A stretch of DNA of 64,000 bases, from assembly GCA_026770705.1 (NCBI GenBank), contig JANJGN010000028.1, forward strand, positions 15,996,001 to 16,060,000, in the 5' to 3' direction. The stretch is from Isurus oxyrinchus. Its lineage: Eukaryota. Each line of letters opens with the position of its first letter. Within the stretch, counting starts at the first letter, position 1. Positions 25,065 to 37,465 of this stretch are shown in pieces. The translations under genes were made by a program, and so were the position numbers. A model generated the notes under the pieces. The model ran no database searches and was not told the DNA's origin. It saw only the letters and a program-made list of their open reading frames with translations.

Positions 25065-25103
25065 AGTTCTGTCGAAGGGTCATGAGGACTCGAAACGTCA
25101 ACT
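25065..25103 (+). ncRNA. minimal type-I hammerhead-ribozyme-like motif in the PLE terminal repeat
   Basis: Layout: agtt (stem I) - CTGTCGA (variant of CUGANGA) - a - gggtc/atgag/gactc (stem II hairpin) - GAAA - CG - TC (cleavage triplet) - aact (stem I). Stem III is the loopless palindrome ACGT. PLE terminal repeats are known to carry such minimal hammerheads. Confidence 0.7.
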
Positions 25104-26816
25104 CTTTTCTTCTCCGCCGATGCTGCCAGACCTGCTGAGTTTTTCCAGGTAATTCTGTTTTTGTTTTTGTTTTGGATTTCCAGCATGCGCAGTTTTTTTG
25201 TTTTTATTTTTTAATTTTCAATACAGTTAATGGTACAACTCTTCAAGGTCTCTGCTTTCTGCCAGTTTGGCCTCTTGAGGATTACTTCACCATTGGCAGC
25301 TGTGCTTTCAGCTTCCTAGACTTGAAATTCCCTCCCTAAACCTCTCAACTTCTCCCTCCTTCTTTAAGATACCCACTAAAACCTACCTCTGAGCAAGCTT
25401 TAGTCACCTGTCCTGATATCTCTATGTGGCTCAGTGTCAAGTTCTGTTGATGCTCCAGTGAAGCATCTTGGGATGTTTTACCATGTTAAAGTCAACCGTG
25501 TAAATGTAATTGTTACATGGTTGTGCTCGTGCAAGGCCTCACTTCACTCATGTGTGGGAAAAGGTGGATTTCCTACTGCCACAGAGAGGGAAAGTGGCTG
25601 GTTCCACTTACCACAAAGCCAATTGTCCTGGAAGCATGGGTAGGAGCCATGAGGGAAAAAATCAGCAAATTTTAATACACACATAGTTTTAATAAATTCA
25701 TTAATGACCTTGTGGTTATTGTTAGGATTTTCACATCATCATTTACTCTTAGTGGCTTAAATGAGCATTGAAATCATCTTTTTGAGCTGTGAATTGAAGT
25801 GGTGCTGATTGTCTCATCTGCACCAAGACTGAATTAAGGAAATGATAATGAAGGACTTACTTGAGGATGTAATAAGGTGCTTATTCAAATGTGACCTTCC
25901 TTCCCCCTGCTTTATCTTGACATCGGAATTATAGAATTATACAGCACAGATGGAGGTTGTGTGGCCCATCGTGTTCATTCTGGCTCTTTGTTAGGGATCT
26001 AATTGATCCCATTCTCCTGCTATTTCCCCATGACCTCAAAATTTGTTCCCTCCAACTATTTGTCCAATGCTCTTTTGAATGTCACTATTGAGTCAGCTTC
26101 CAAAATGGCCTCCTTAATGTCTGCTCAACAATGTCTCCTAACAAGTGTAATTGCCTGTCTGACTCGTGGGGGACAGTGGCCTCCCTAGGCCCTGAACCCT
26201 CATGATCAAAGAGGCCGACACCAGGAACATGCCCTTTGCGCATTGGGGGCACACCCACGCCCACTCCCCTGAGAAGATAGCACCCACTTTCCTTCCCACC
26301 CTTTTAAAAGCTTTTTATTAACTGTCCGCAGCTGCCTGCGCATGCCTACCATACTGTGACATGAGCAATGCAATATTGGGGTAAATTGGCTCGTAAACAG
26401 GTTCAATTGATCCTTAATTATTTAATTACATATGGCGGGTGGGCTGCCGCTTTCGCTGCTTGCCCACCGCCTCCTCCTGCCCTGTGATATGGGGATAGAC
26501 TTGGGGTGGGTGAGAAGGTGGTGGGCCATCCACCTCTCATATTTTGCATTCCCTCCTCCCCCCAGCAAAAAAAAACATCCAGCAGGGTTGGGGGTGGGGG
26601 GGGGGGCATAAAGTCTAGCCCAAAGGCTCCAAACTCCCTAGTGCTTTTGTCGCTATCAGTTGACGCTCAGCTCCAGTTATGGAGGTCAGAGGGTCTGCTG
26701 AGGTGGTTTTAAATCATGAACAGTAAAGCCTTGCAGACCTCTCCACCCCTCCACCTCTCACTCCCCCTTTAAAACTCTCCTTAAAACCTACCTCTTTGAC
26801 CCTTTTGGTGACCTGT

Positions 26817-27901
26817 TGTGATGACCTTTGACCCAGAAGCAGTACAGTGAGGAAAATGTTTAATGACTTTACAATGTCTGTGGGGTCTGGAATTGGTTTT
26901 AAGAATTTTGAGAAGGCCTTTTAAGAGTTTGCATCAATTGTAAAGGGATTAATTGTAATTTTGTGTTTAATAAGAAATACTGTCCACTGTGACCTGGTGA
27001 CCCCTGATCTGGAAGCAGTACCAACATGTATGAAGTTAAGACAGAGGCCGTGTGGCAAAGGCTCAAACATGAAGGAAAACTACAAGTAGGAGAGGTGGAG
27101 AGTGTGAAGACAATCAGCACACAGATGCAGACACATAAAAGACAGACAAAGCTACAGCTTTAAAGGACAAAGGAGAGCTTAAGCAGAAAGAAGAATAAAA
27201 CAGGCACATTTACAAAGAGCTGCATATGCATAATACAGTTAAATGGGATGGAAACCTGAAGACAGTGTTAAATCAGGGATTGTGAAATAATTTTACTGCT
27301 GCTATGTGGTTTTGCCAGAGCTGACCAGACTGTTTAATGGGGTTTATTAAAGAGTTTGGATAAAGGAGTCTCTGGGGAATCTCCGCCATCAAGACTGTCA
27401 TGAACATAGCTAAGGTATGCCATTTGGGTGAGAGCTGTCTTCAAAGACCTCGGATAGAATACAGCTGCTGGTGAACCTGACTCAAGGGACAAATCCATTG
27501 AATAGGAAAGTGAGGGATCCTATCTACCAGAGGCTGAGTTAAAGAACTTTGGAACTGAACATTGTGCCATTTTGTGCAGGGAGTGATGAGGGTTCTTGTG
27601 GCTGTGTCACACACACAGTGATCAAAAACTGGATTGGATGCTAATTATTTGAAATGAAAACTTTCAAATCACTAGAGAATAAATTGGTTGTGTATCTTTA
27701 TTATATTAACGATATTTAAAGTAAAATTAACCTTTTTATTTAAAGTATCATTTGCCTGCTTAATTTATATTGGTTCTGATTTGTTTTAAAGTAAGAGAGT
27801 AAGTACAAAAAAGTGGTATTTTGTTGGTAATTTCTTAATTTGGGTGTCATTCACTAAATTTGGTTAATTTGGTTTACAGTTCCCCTACGGGAATAGTTAC
27901 A
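26817..27901 (+). mobile_element. solo LTR inserted in an L2 3' tail
   Basis: TG...CA termini and a perfect 4-bp TSD ctgt (26813-26816, 27902-27905). The interrupted L2 tail (cttaaaacctacctctttgac...ggtgac|ctgt|ctttatgtg...ggtgtcaaa) resumes after it. Confidence 0.75.
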
Positions 27902-28404
27902 CTGTCTTTATGTGCTTTGGTGTCAAATATTATTTGATAATGTTCCTGTGAGGCACCATGGGATGCTTTGTCACGTTTAAAGGTGCCATAGTAGCTGTTA
28001 AAGTCACCCACGAAGGTACTTGGTGTCAGTTATGAGGAAACATTGGAGAAACATGAACTTCTTAGACTTGGCAAGTAACTATCTTCAAGATGATCTTTAC
28101 AGAGATATATAACACAGTTAGGGGAATGGACAGTGTAAATCCATCACTTTAAATTGTGAGAATACGGCAATGGAATATGGTTTCAAACCACTAAATCAGG
28201 AGGTCATTCTTCACATACACACTGATCAAAAACTGGCTTGCGCTCCAATTACCCAAAGTGAGAACTTTCAAATCATAGAATCAGTTGTATAGATCATCAG
28301 GTGAGCTGTGGCTCCATCTATATAAATGAGTTACAATGGAACAAATGGCTCTCCTTGTCTGTCAGCACCTTGTGACGTTAATACTTTGCCATATCATAAT
28401 AGTG

Positions 28405-28690
28405 GTCTTGTACCGCAAATGTCCTTGCCTCTGAGACAGAAGCTCTGGGTTCAAGTCCCACTCCAGGACTTGATGACCAAGGAAGATGCACTCATAACAT
28501 GGACAAACAGGTTGAGTATCAACATGTAGATCCTTCCAACACATGCCAATGGCAGGAAGTAAGAGCGGGAGAGATTCCTGGTCAGCCATGTGATAGAAAG
28601 AACATTGGAGCCTCTATCATCACTATCCATAGCTCTAGGATACAACATGCCTACAGAAGTGCATGTTGCCACAGCAACTTGGAGTCCTTG
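28405..28690 (+). repeat. third tRNA-derived SINE family; second copy at ~49795-50075 (-)
   Basis: B box gggttcaagtccc and a shared body gggagagattcctggtcagccatgtgat...gtgcatgttgccayagcaact in both copies. Confidence 0.75.
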
Positions 28691-29239
28691 CTGGGGGCCA
28701 GTTGGTTCAGTTGGCTGGATGGCTGGTGTAGATCAGATTGCTCCCAACAGCCCAGGGTTTAGTTCCTGCTCTGGCTGGGCTGGCGCCTTGCCCTACCTGT
28801 GGTGGAGGTCATGATATTGTGGGTCAGACCTGCCTTTGGGCAGGGAACTCGGGAAGAAGAAGAAATGATATTACTCAGCATCATTTCCAAGCTATATGTA
28901 ATATTAACTTCTCCTCCTGTAAACCTACCCAACTTAATCAAGCCCAGTAAGACTGTAATATGGTGCAGGTAATGCATTTAATATAAATTAGTGTGCTTAA
29001 AGATCCATAAAGCTTGCACATAAAAGGAAGCAATTATGTATCTGTGCTGGTGCCCACTGTACAACTGAAGTTATCTCCTCTAATCCCATTTCTCTGCCCT
29101 TTCCTCCTAGACTTTTTTATTCTTTTTAAGTTATGCAGTGTCTCATTCTTCCATCCATCTTGACATGAGGCAAGCTGGAAAGCTAAACGAACCATCTGTG
29201 CTTAAAAGCACAATGGATACGTGTCATCAAGCTTATGTG

Positions 29240-29322
29240 GGCATTTATATAAATTATATAATTATAATTAATGTATATAAATTATATAATCATATAAATT
29301 ATATATAATTTATATAAATGCC
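29240..29322. repeat. AT-rich palindromic micro-repeat
   Basis: A 21-bp perfect inverted repeat, ggcatttatataaattatata / tatataatttatataaatgcc, surrounds a tatataaat-type repeat. Confidence 0.85.
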
Positions 29323-30809
29323 GCTTTTCCGATATTCTGGGTTTTTTTTTGCTTTTCTCCTCCCAGCAACTCCTTGGAAGTCATTTTGCTTTCACAGTAG
29401 CAGCTCCCAAGGCTTGGCAGTGGATAGCTTGGGGGCTGGGTGAATCTGTGCATTTATCTGTAGGATTTTGTGCAGGCTCTTCGTCAATCAGAGCCCATTG
29501 GCATCCTGGTCTATCATCCAATGATGAATGGGCTAGCTTATTCCAGGTCAAATAATGTAACTGATTGCCACGATTAAATGCAAACATTGGTGCAGCGGAA
29601 TTATTTAGATCCTGTTATCAAATGTAGTGCTTATTTACGGCTATCTTTATTTCCTTACAAGAAGGTTGTAATCACAGCAAACATCTCCATATCACCCCAG
29701 AAACAGGTACCTTTATCAATGCATTCATTTGCCCTTGCGGGCTGTGCTCCTGACTGCACACACAATTCATTAATCTTTGTAACGTCTCCATCGTGAATTT
29801 TATACAGGTTCTAGATATCGGATGTGCTGCTAATTTTGGAGAAGGCAATTTGAGTGATAAATTGGCTTATTCCAGCGCAGTGACAGTTAATGACTCTTCA
29901 CCTGAAAAAGCATTGCAGAGATTGTGGTTCCTTGATTTTAGTCCTTTATGAGAATTATGCATGCAGTGTACACTGTTCTGCTTGGTGCACTAGCAGTTAG
30001 CGTTCTGATCCTGATTTTTGGCTGCAGATTTGAGAGCATTGGCCATCACTGTAATCTTGAAAATACAAGATCCTGAGGAGATACTTATGTGAGTTTGGGG
30101 CAAAGATATTTCTTTCCTCTTATCAAGAGTCTGAATAAAATGAGTTTGATGTCCCTTCTTATTTAGGCTTGGGCTCATGCCAGTGTCTTGTTTCTGTTAT
30201 CCTACAGCACAAAGAACAAGGAAGTCATTCAGTGTGCAGATGCAATGGGCTCCTTCTATGCTGGATAGAATGTGGGGAAAGGCTCCTCCTTTTTCTTGAA
30301 ATGGAGGAATACTTCCTTTGCTCTCTCAGGGTTATTGGGATTGTAAGGAATGCTGGGAAACCTCCTCTTAGTCTATTTCTATGGAAGGAAGTGTTGCCCT
30401 TTCTTTAAGATGTCATATTTAAAATCAAAGTCCTGGAACTCCCTCCCTAACAGCACTGTGGGTGTGCCTACACCACATGGGCTGCAGCGGTTCAAGAAGG
30501 CGGCTCACCACCACCACCACCACCATCTCAAGGGCATTCAGAGATGGGCATGAGACGCTCAAGCCCCAAGAACAAATTAAAATCGTCCAAAAAGGAAGAA
30601 CGTGCAGGGCTATGAGGAGATGGCGGGGGAATGGCACTAGGCAAATTGATCATTCAGAGAGCTGGCGCAGACACAATGGGCTGAATGGCCTTCTCCTGTT
30701 CTGTAACAACCCTGTGATTCTGTGAGAATAATTGAACATGGTGATTAAAGGCACTCTCCATTGACCCCCCCCACCTCCGCACAGCAGCTGCTGCCGAACT
30801 CATGCTGGA

Positions 30810-31125
30810 GAGGAACTATTTTTCTCTTGGTGGAGGCAAGGCAGAATAAGGTAGCATAGCTTTAAATTTAGAGCCAGGTCATTCAGGGGTCATGTTCAGA
30901 AGCACTTCCTCGGGGTGGTGGAAATCTGGAACTCTCTCCCCAAAATGCTGGGAGGTGAATTGAAAACTTTGAAAACTGGGATTGAGAGATTTTTGTTGGG
31001 CAGGGATATTTAAGGATTACCAAACCAAGGTGGGTGGGTGGAGTTAAGATGCAGATCAGTCATGATCGAATTAAGTGGCAGCACAAGCTCAAGGGGCCAA
31101 ATGGCCTATCCCTGTTCCCATGCTC
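30810..31125 (+). mobile_element. CR1 LINE 3' end
   Basis: gtggtggaaatctggaactctctcccc...gcagatcagtcatgatcgaattaagtggc...ggggccaaatggcct. Confidence 0.75.
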
Positions 31126-31759
31126 CTTCCCAGTTAAATTTGACGGAGGCTGTGACTTCGTGTTAATCTGCCAGTTGAATGCCAGCTTACGCACAAAGCA
31201 ACTCGAACAGTAGGAGCTATATTAAGAGTTGTGCACTAGTTTAAAGTAAAACCCTGGCAAAAGTAAGGGAGAAGGGACTTGCATCATGATGTTCAGGCAA
31301 CGTACGTTCATTGCCATTTGCTTAATATGGAGATAAGTCACAGTCTCAGCTGATGTGAAAAATTAAAGAATTCAGAACTGTTTTACATACTGAATTTTAG
31401 CTAAGGTATCCGAAGGGTTAACTGTTGAAATTCCTTCCAGAGAGAGAGAGGCTGGAGGGAAAAAATTGCCCTAATTAGATTGTGTGATGGCATCGTAAGC
31501 ACACGCTTCTTGAATTCATTTGTGACACTGCTTTTTATTTAGGCCATTTGTGGGGGGGTTTGACAAACCACCGGTTTTGGAGACTTGCTGGTCTCCAAAA
31601 CAAGGTACTGAGAAATCCTCTTGGGTAGATTTTCCACTTGCTCTGTATAGATTGTGGTCCTTTGCCTCACAAATCCATCCCTACACACTTAGGTGCAGAG
31701 GACTGAGGCAGAACTTGGGAAGAACTTAAACTTAGGAACTCCAAATAGTAGTACCATTG

Positions 31760-32095
31760 GAGGTGGTGGCATAGTGGTATTGTCACTGGACTAGTATTCC
31801 AGAGACCCAGGGTAATGCTCTGGGGTCCTGGATTTGAATCTCACAGAATTCAATAAAAATCTGGAATTAAAAGCCTAATGATGACCATGAAGCCATTATA
31901 GATTGTCATAAAAACCCATCTGGTTCAAAAATGTCCTCTAGGGAAAGAAATCTGCTGTCCTTACCCGGCCTGGTCTACATGTGACTCCAGACCCATAGTA
32001 ATGTGGTTGACTAAGTACCCTCAGAATAAGGGTAGTTAGGGATGGGCAATAAGTACTGCGCTAGTCAGCGATGCCCACATCCCATTAAAAATAAA
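31760..32095 (+). repeat. tRNA-derived SINE sharing the gggatgggcaataa LINE tail
   Basis: A box ggtggcatagtgg and a B-box-like ggatttgaatctc. Further copies lie at ~10843-11222 (-), 14990-15215 (-), 16765-17140 (+), 34855-35200 (-) and 53075-53330 (-). Confidence 0.82.
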
Positions 32096-33681
32096 TCAGG
32101 TACAACCTCATAGAAAAGTTTCCCCTTACATGTCCAGTCAGGACCACCCTACTCAATAGGGAGTTGGCATGCAGGTCATTTTAAACTGAATGGGGAGCAT
32201 CCTGGCTCCCAAATGACTGGCTCACTCTTCCAGATCCTTTTGGGTGAATCATCAACTGTGCCTTGATGATTCTGGACTGCCGGGGTATCGGATTATCATG
32301 ACTGCCACAGACGATTGACCCACAATCATTTACCCACAAGGCTTGTTATCTTTGATGAACCTCAACTCTGAAGAAAATCCATCTATCTTCCCATGTCACC
32401 CTCGCTCCTCCGGAGGATTGTCAGCAACAGTTAGATGATGGATATGAATAGATTTCTGCAACCAGGATAATTCTACCCTTAAATTCTGACGTTCATCCAT
32501 GTTTATTTTTCCTTCATTCTTCCTTTTCTGACAGTCTTCTCCCATTCCTTATTAGGAAATTATTCCACAGGCATTGTGCATCCTTTAGTACTATGCCAAC
32601 AGGTCAGTCACCACTTCTGAGCACAGGCCATGAGATATGATGGATTACTTAGCCATTTCGAGTCTTACAGAAGGGCCCAATACTGTTATGTATCCCAACT
32701 TGCACTAATGGCATTGTGCTTGCTGATTTATGTTGGTTTCTGGTCTAAAACTGCCCCAATTTTAAAATTCTTATCTCTCATGCCACCTTCCTATCTTTGT
32801 AATCTCCTCCGATATCTGTGTTCCTCCAATTCTGGCCTCTTGCACAGCTCTGTTATTAATCTCCCCCCTGTTGATACCTAAGCCCCAAGCTCTGGAACAT
32901 TCTCCTTAAACCTCTTTGCATCTTCCACCCCTCTCTTCCCCTTCTTGAAATCCACCACTTCCGCCTGTGCTAATATCACCTTATGTGGCTGGTTGTCAAA
33001 TTATCTTTGATAGCACTCCTGTGAAGTGCCTTGGGACGTTTTACTACATTAAGAACAATATAAACACAAATTATTGTGTTGCCTTCCTTGAATGTACCTA
33101 AAGATAGGGATGGCAGCCCTGGCTGATACTCCCTTCCTTAGTACAAGGGTGCTATACTTAATTGCCGCACCATATTATTGCCTCAACTGAGATGAGCTAA
33201 TCTAGCGTAGAACTGGTTTAAACCTGATGCTTTCCTGCGCTGTATGGCTCAACTATTAACAGGTTTAACCAGCTGAACCATAAAGTGACCAATCTAATAA
33301 ATCCTCACGGAAATAAAGTGCTTCAGAGACATATGAATTTTTTTTTTGTTTTTTCTTTGCTGTCTCCAACCCCCTTTCTTGTAGTCCCCTTAGTGCCAGT
33401 GTTAGATTTGTTTCATGTCTCAGCCATTATCGTGGCGTCTCAGAGGAGAATAACGCTAGGTTAGGGCATCTTTGTGCTGTGGACTGCGCCTACTTAGAAT
33501 GGTAGGACGAGTCTGCCCCGGCCCCCAGACTTTTCTCTCCTTGGACCCTAATGAATTTTAAGGAGATAACTTACTCTCTATCTCTAAACCACTGGTTATG
33601 GGATTTTCAAGGTGGCAGCCAAGGACCTCTGAAACTACCTGACATTGTATTCACTTTTATTGCATTGCCTTAAATTTAAAT

Positions 33682-34028
33682 ATTGTTGAAAAATGACATG
33701 CTGTCAAAGCTTTTTGCCTTGCACTCATCAGAACAGGTGCAAGAACACCAAATTTTAAAGGAAGCAACAATTTACATTGCATGAGGAAAGGGTGCTAATT
33801 GGTTGGTAAGTCAACCCTGATTGGTCAGAATTGCCATGGAGAATGCACAAGGAAACAATTGCTTCCATGCTTTTGTTTAATTCAAAAAAAGAAAATTTCC
33901 TGAACATGTTCCTTCTGCCTGCAGATTACAGGTCCCTGTGTATGAATGTATGTAGCTTCCAGCAAAGATAAGTGAGCCTGGCTGATAATCTTAAATTGGT
34001 TGCTTTCCAGCAATGCTCAAGCCCTGAA
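33682..34028. mobile_element. Poseidon-type PLE terminal fragment (antisense arm + short sense tail)
   Basis: Contains the antisense hammerhead-like gtcaaagctttttgccttgcactcatcagaac and shares sequence with 19680-19745. TSD cttaaatttaaat / cttaaagttaaat at 33669-33681 / 34029-34041. Confidence 0.72.
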
Positions 34029-34854
34029 CTTAAAGTTAAATGAAAGAGATCAAAACTGGACAATTTTGAAAGACGTTAATTATTAATTTCAGACTTAAGA
34101 GTTACATTCATGGAGGATATAGCCCTGTTTAAAGAAAGACAATTTTAAGACAAATTAGTGAGGGTTATGTATAGCAGATAGCTCTCGGTTTGATTGAGTT
34201 GCAACAATTTTTATGTATGAAATATATATAATTCAAAGTCATGAAAAGTGTTTTTAAATCATGGGGTTTCAAATGAGTGGGGAACAAATACATTTAGAAC
34301 TCTGATTTTTGGTAACAATGGATTTGCTGACTGGGTGACCTGAAGTAAGGTGGAATGTGTGGAGCATAAATACCAGCAACCTTTTGGGCTGAATGCTTTG
34401 TTTCTGTGCTGTTAATATGAAGTAGAAATACAGCATCTGAATCTTCCTCTGCGCTTTCTAATATCTATCACAGCCTTCTGAATTCTGCCGCGTGTCTTGT
34501 TCAGTCCATCATCTCTTGACTGTAGTCATTTCTATTCTAGCTCCCAACTCTCTGATCTCTCCCCTTCAACTTTCGGTTCCCTTTCCAAGGTGTTGCTTAC
34601 TCTGCCCAAGCTCTCTGATGCTCCTCCCAGCTCCGATCTCACGCCAGCTGTGCTTCATGTTGCCTTGACTCTGTGAACCTTGTCCCAGTAGTTACCTTCG
34701 TTCAGTCCTGCTCATTGTCACTGGCTCTGTTCTGATTGTCCCTCTTCCTGCCCTGAGACTTTTACTAATTTATTAAGTATTCTAGCACTCTGCTTAAAGA
34801 GAGGTTATTTTGAATATAGGCCTATGTTAGTTTAGTCTTAATCGGACTTATCTT

Positions 34855-35200
34855 TTTCTTTATTCATTCATGGGATGTGGGCATCGCTGGCCAGGCCAGC
34901 ATTTATTGCCCATCCCTAATTGACCATGTTCAGAGGACATTTAAGAGTCAACCACATCGCTGTGGGCTTGGAGTCACATGTAGGCCAGACCAGGTAAGGA
35001 CAGCAGATTTCCTTCCTTAAAGGGTTTTTGTGACAATCAACAATGGTTTCGTGGTCATCATCAGACTTTTAATTCCAGATTTTTTATTGAATTCAAATTC
35101 CACCACCTGCCGTGATAGGATTGGAACCCAGGTCCCCAGAGCATTACCCTGGGCCTCTGGATTACTGGTCCACTGACAACACCACTATGCCACCACTTCC
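34855..35200 (-). repeat. tRNA-derived SINE (same family as 31760-32095), well preserved
   Basis: Reverse complement: ggtggcatagtggttgtcagtggaccagtaatccagag...gggttccaatcc...tagggatgggcaataaatgctggcc. Confidence 0.85.
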
Positions 35201-36259
35201 CCCATTTGTTTTGGTTTGCTTCTGTTCTCTCTCAAAGTTGTGGGTTCAAGCCCCACTATTGATTTGGGCAGACAAACGAGGTTAATTATTGAGAGTGGTA
35301 CAGAGGGAAAGCCGTGATGTTCATGCAGTGCTTCATCTGCACGTCCAGGTGGATGCGTAAGATGGGACAACTCCCTCACCACGGTGGTGGAGGGGGAGAC
35401 GCTGCCGGAAAATGTGGCGAGCTGGTCAAAAGTCCATTGACTTTGGTGGGACAGGAAGAACCACCCCCCAACCCCCGGCAGGAGGGGCTGTAAAATTCTG
35501 CCCAACTTTTGTCTGAAGCGATACCTTCAAAGACTGATGGACTGACCATTCTATTACCCTTTGCGGGGACCAGATGCAAGCAAATTGGTGTCTGCCTTTG
35601 TCTGTATAACATCGACTGCGCCTCAATATCAATACATTAGTTATAAAATGCTTTTAGAGAATATAATGTGTGATCAGTCGAAACTCTTTGGCCTAGTATT
35701 TAATTTTAAGAAATTTCAAGTGTAACTGCACAAGATTCAAAGACTGCTTACCAAAGGAAATATTAAAAACATTAAAAATGTAATGAAACATGCCCCCGCG
35801 TGTGACGGTGTCACGTGAGATGGGGACATGTTTTCATTTTTTTCAGAACAAGTTTCTATTCAATTTGTGAAAGCTTTAGGAAACCTCGCCCCCGCTCGTG
35901 GATGAGGGTTTCCTTAAAAAAAAATGCTAAGGCCGCTTGGCCTTTTTTGTCTGCCCGCCAACCGTTAGGTTGGACGGACAGCGTAGAATTCAAGTTAATG
36001 AGGTTGCTAATGGCCTCCATAGGCCTCTTAATTATCGGGGAGTGCGCAGCTGACCCTGGCATGCGCCCGCCAAACGAAATATCGCGAGACTGCGCGGGAT
36101 GCATCCTTGGCGTCATTGCGCGGCATTTTACCTTCCGGCGTGTCGGACTTGCCCCCACACGCCGACTGTAAAACCCTTGGCCTGTGTTTTTCCTCAATTG
36201 CCTCTGTGAGAGATTCCCCTGGATATCGATGCAGGTAAGATGGTGTAGACAGACTAAAA

Positions 36260-36525
36260 AAAAAACAGATGAGGAGAAACTTCTTTAGCCCAGAGAGAGG
36301 TGAATCTATGGAATTCATTGCCACAGAAGGCTGTGGAGGCCAGTTAATTGAGTGTATTTAAGAGCGAGATCGATAGGTTCTTGATTGGTAAGGGGATCAA
36401 AGGTCACGGGGAGAAGGCGGGAGAATGGGGTTGAGAAACTTATCAGCCATGATTGAATGGCGGAGCAGACGCGATGGGCCGAATGGCCTGATTTCTGCTC
36501 CTATGTCTTATGGTCTTATGGTCTA
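36260..36525 (+). mobile_element. CR1 LINE 3' end
   Basis: gatgaggagaaacttctttagccc...gatgggccgaatggcct...cttatggtcttatggtct tail. Confidence 0.85.
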
Positions 36526-37060
36526 AACTAGCTGAGACTGAAATGGACACACAACCTTTACGCTACCATGGGCGTATGATATCCAAATATTAAGTACAGG
36601 ATTGCATTGTAACAAGGAGCCTGTGAGGAATGGCTAATTTAATGACTATTAAGACCATGTTTGAGAATGGGCTCAGCAGGTCCAGCACAAGGAGTGAAAG
36701 AGTCTTTGAATCTTGTGCAGTTACAACTGAAATTTCTTAAAATTAAACACGAGGATTTAACTTTGCCCCTTCTGAGGCTTGAGCACAAAATATGGGCCGA
36801 CAACCCTGTGCTACACTGTTGGAGATGCCATCTTTCAGGTGGGAGGTTAAACTGAGGCCTGCCTACTTTCTTGAGTAGATATAAAGGATCCCGTGACACT
36901 GTCTTGCAGAAGAGCAGGGGAACTCCCCCTGGTGTTCTGACTGAATTTTATCCCTCCATCAACATTCACTTAAAAAAAATGACTAGCACCTGAACTAAAT
37001 CAGCCACATGTATATAATGTGGTCACAAAAGCAAGCCAGAGGCTGGGGATTCTACAGCAA

Positions 37061-37410
37061 ATACAAACATACAAAATAGGAGCAGAAGTAGGCCATTTGG
37101 CCCCTCGAGCCTGGCTCCGGCATTCAATAAGATCGTGGCTGATCTATTTGTGTTTCGAATTCCACATTCCCGTCCATCCCTGATAACCTTTGATTTCTAA
37201 CAAGAATCTATCTACCTCTGCCTTAAAAATATTCAATGACTCCGTCTCCGCCAGTTTCTGAGGTACAGATCCAAAGTTGCAGAGCCATCCAAGAGAAGAA
37301 AATCCTCCTCTTCTCTGTCCTAAAGGGCCGACCCCTAATAAAACAATTGCCCCCTAGTTCTGGACTTACCCACAAGAGGAAACATCCTTTCCACGTCCAC
37401 CTTGTCAATA
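37061..37410 (-). mobile_element. CR1 LINE 3' end nested in another LINE
   Basis: aggagcagaagtaggccatttggccc...ctctgccttaaaaatattcaatgac... Confidence 0.8.
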
Positions 37411-37465
37411 CTTCCCGATACGTCCACCTCCTGACTCCACTGAACACCATCTACAGGGCACAAGT

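Larger units (their letters stand above)
21763..25210 (+). mobile_element. Penelope-like retroelement (Neptune-type), 5'-truncated, with inverted duplication of its 3' half
   Basis: The left arm 21764-23064 is the reverse complement of 23867-25170. The sense body starts at 23065 and an unpaired 3' tail spans 25171-25210. A perfect 12-bp TSD, ttaattttcaat, lies at 21751-21762 and 25211-25222. Confidence 0.93.

Noticed and set aside
31760-31850. tRNA genes at A/B-box motifs
   Set aside because: They are SINE heads that continue into SINE bodies, with no complete cloverleaf.
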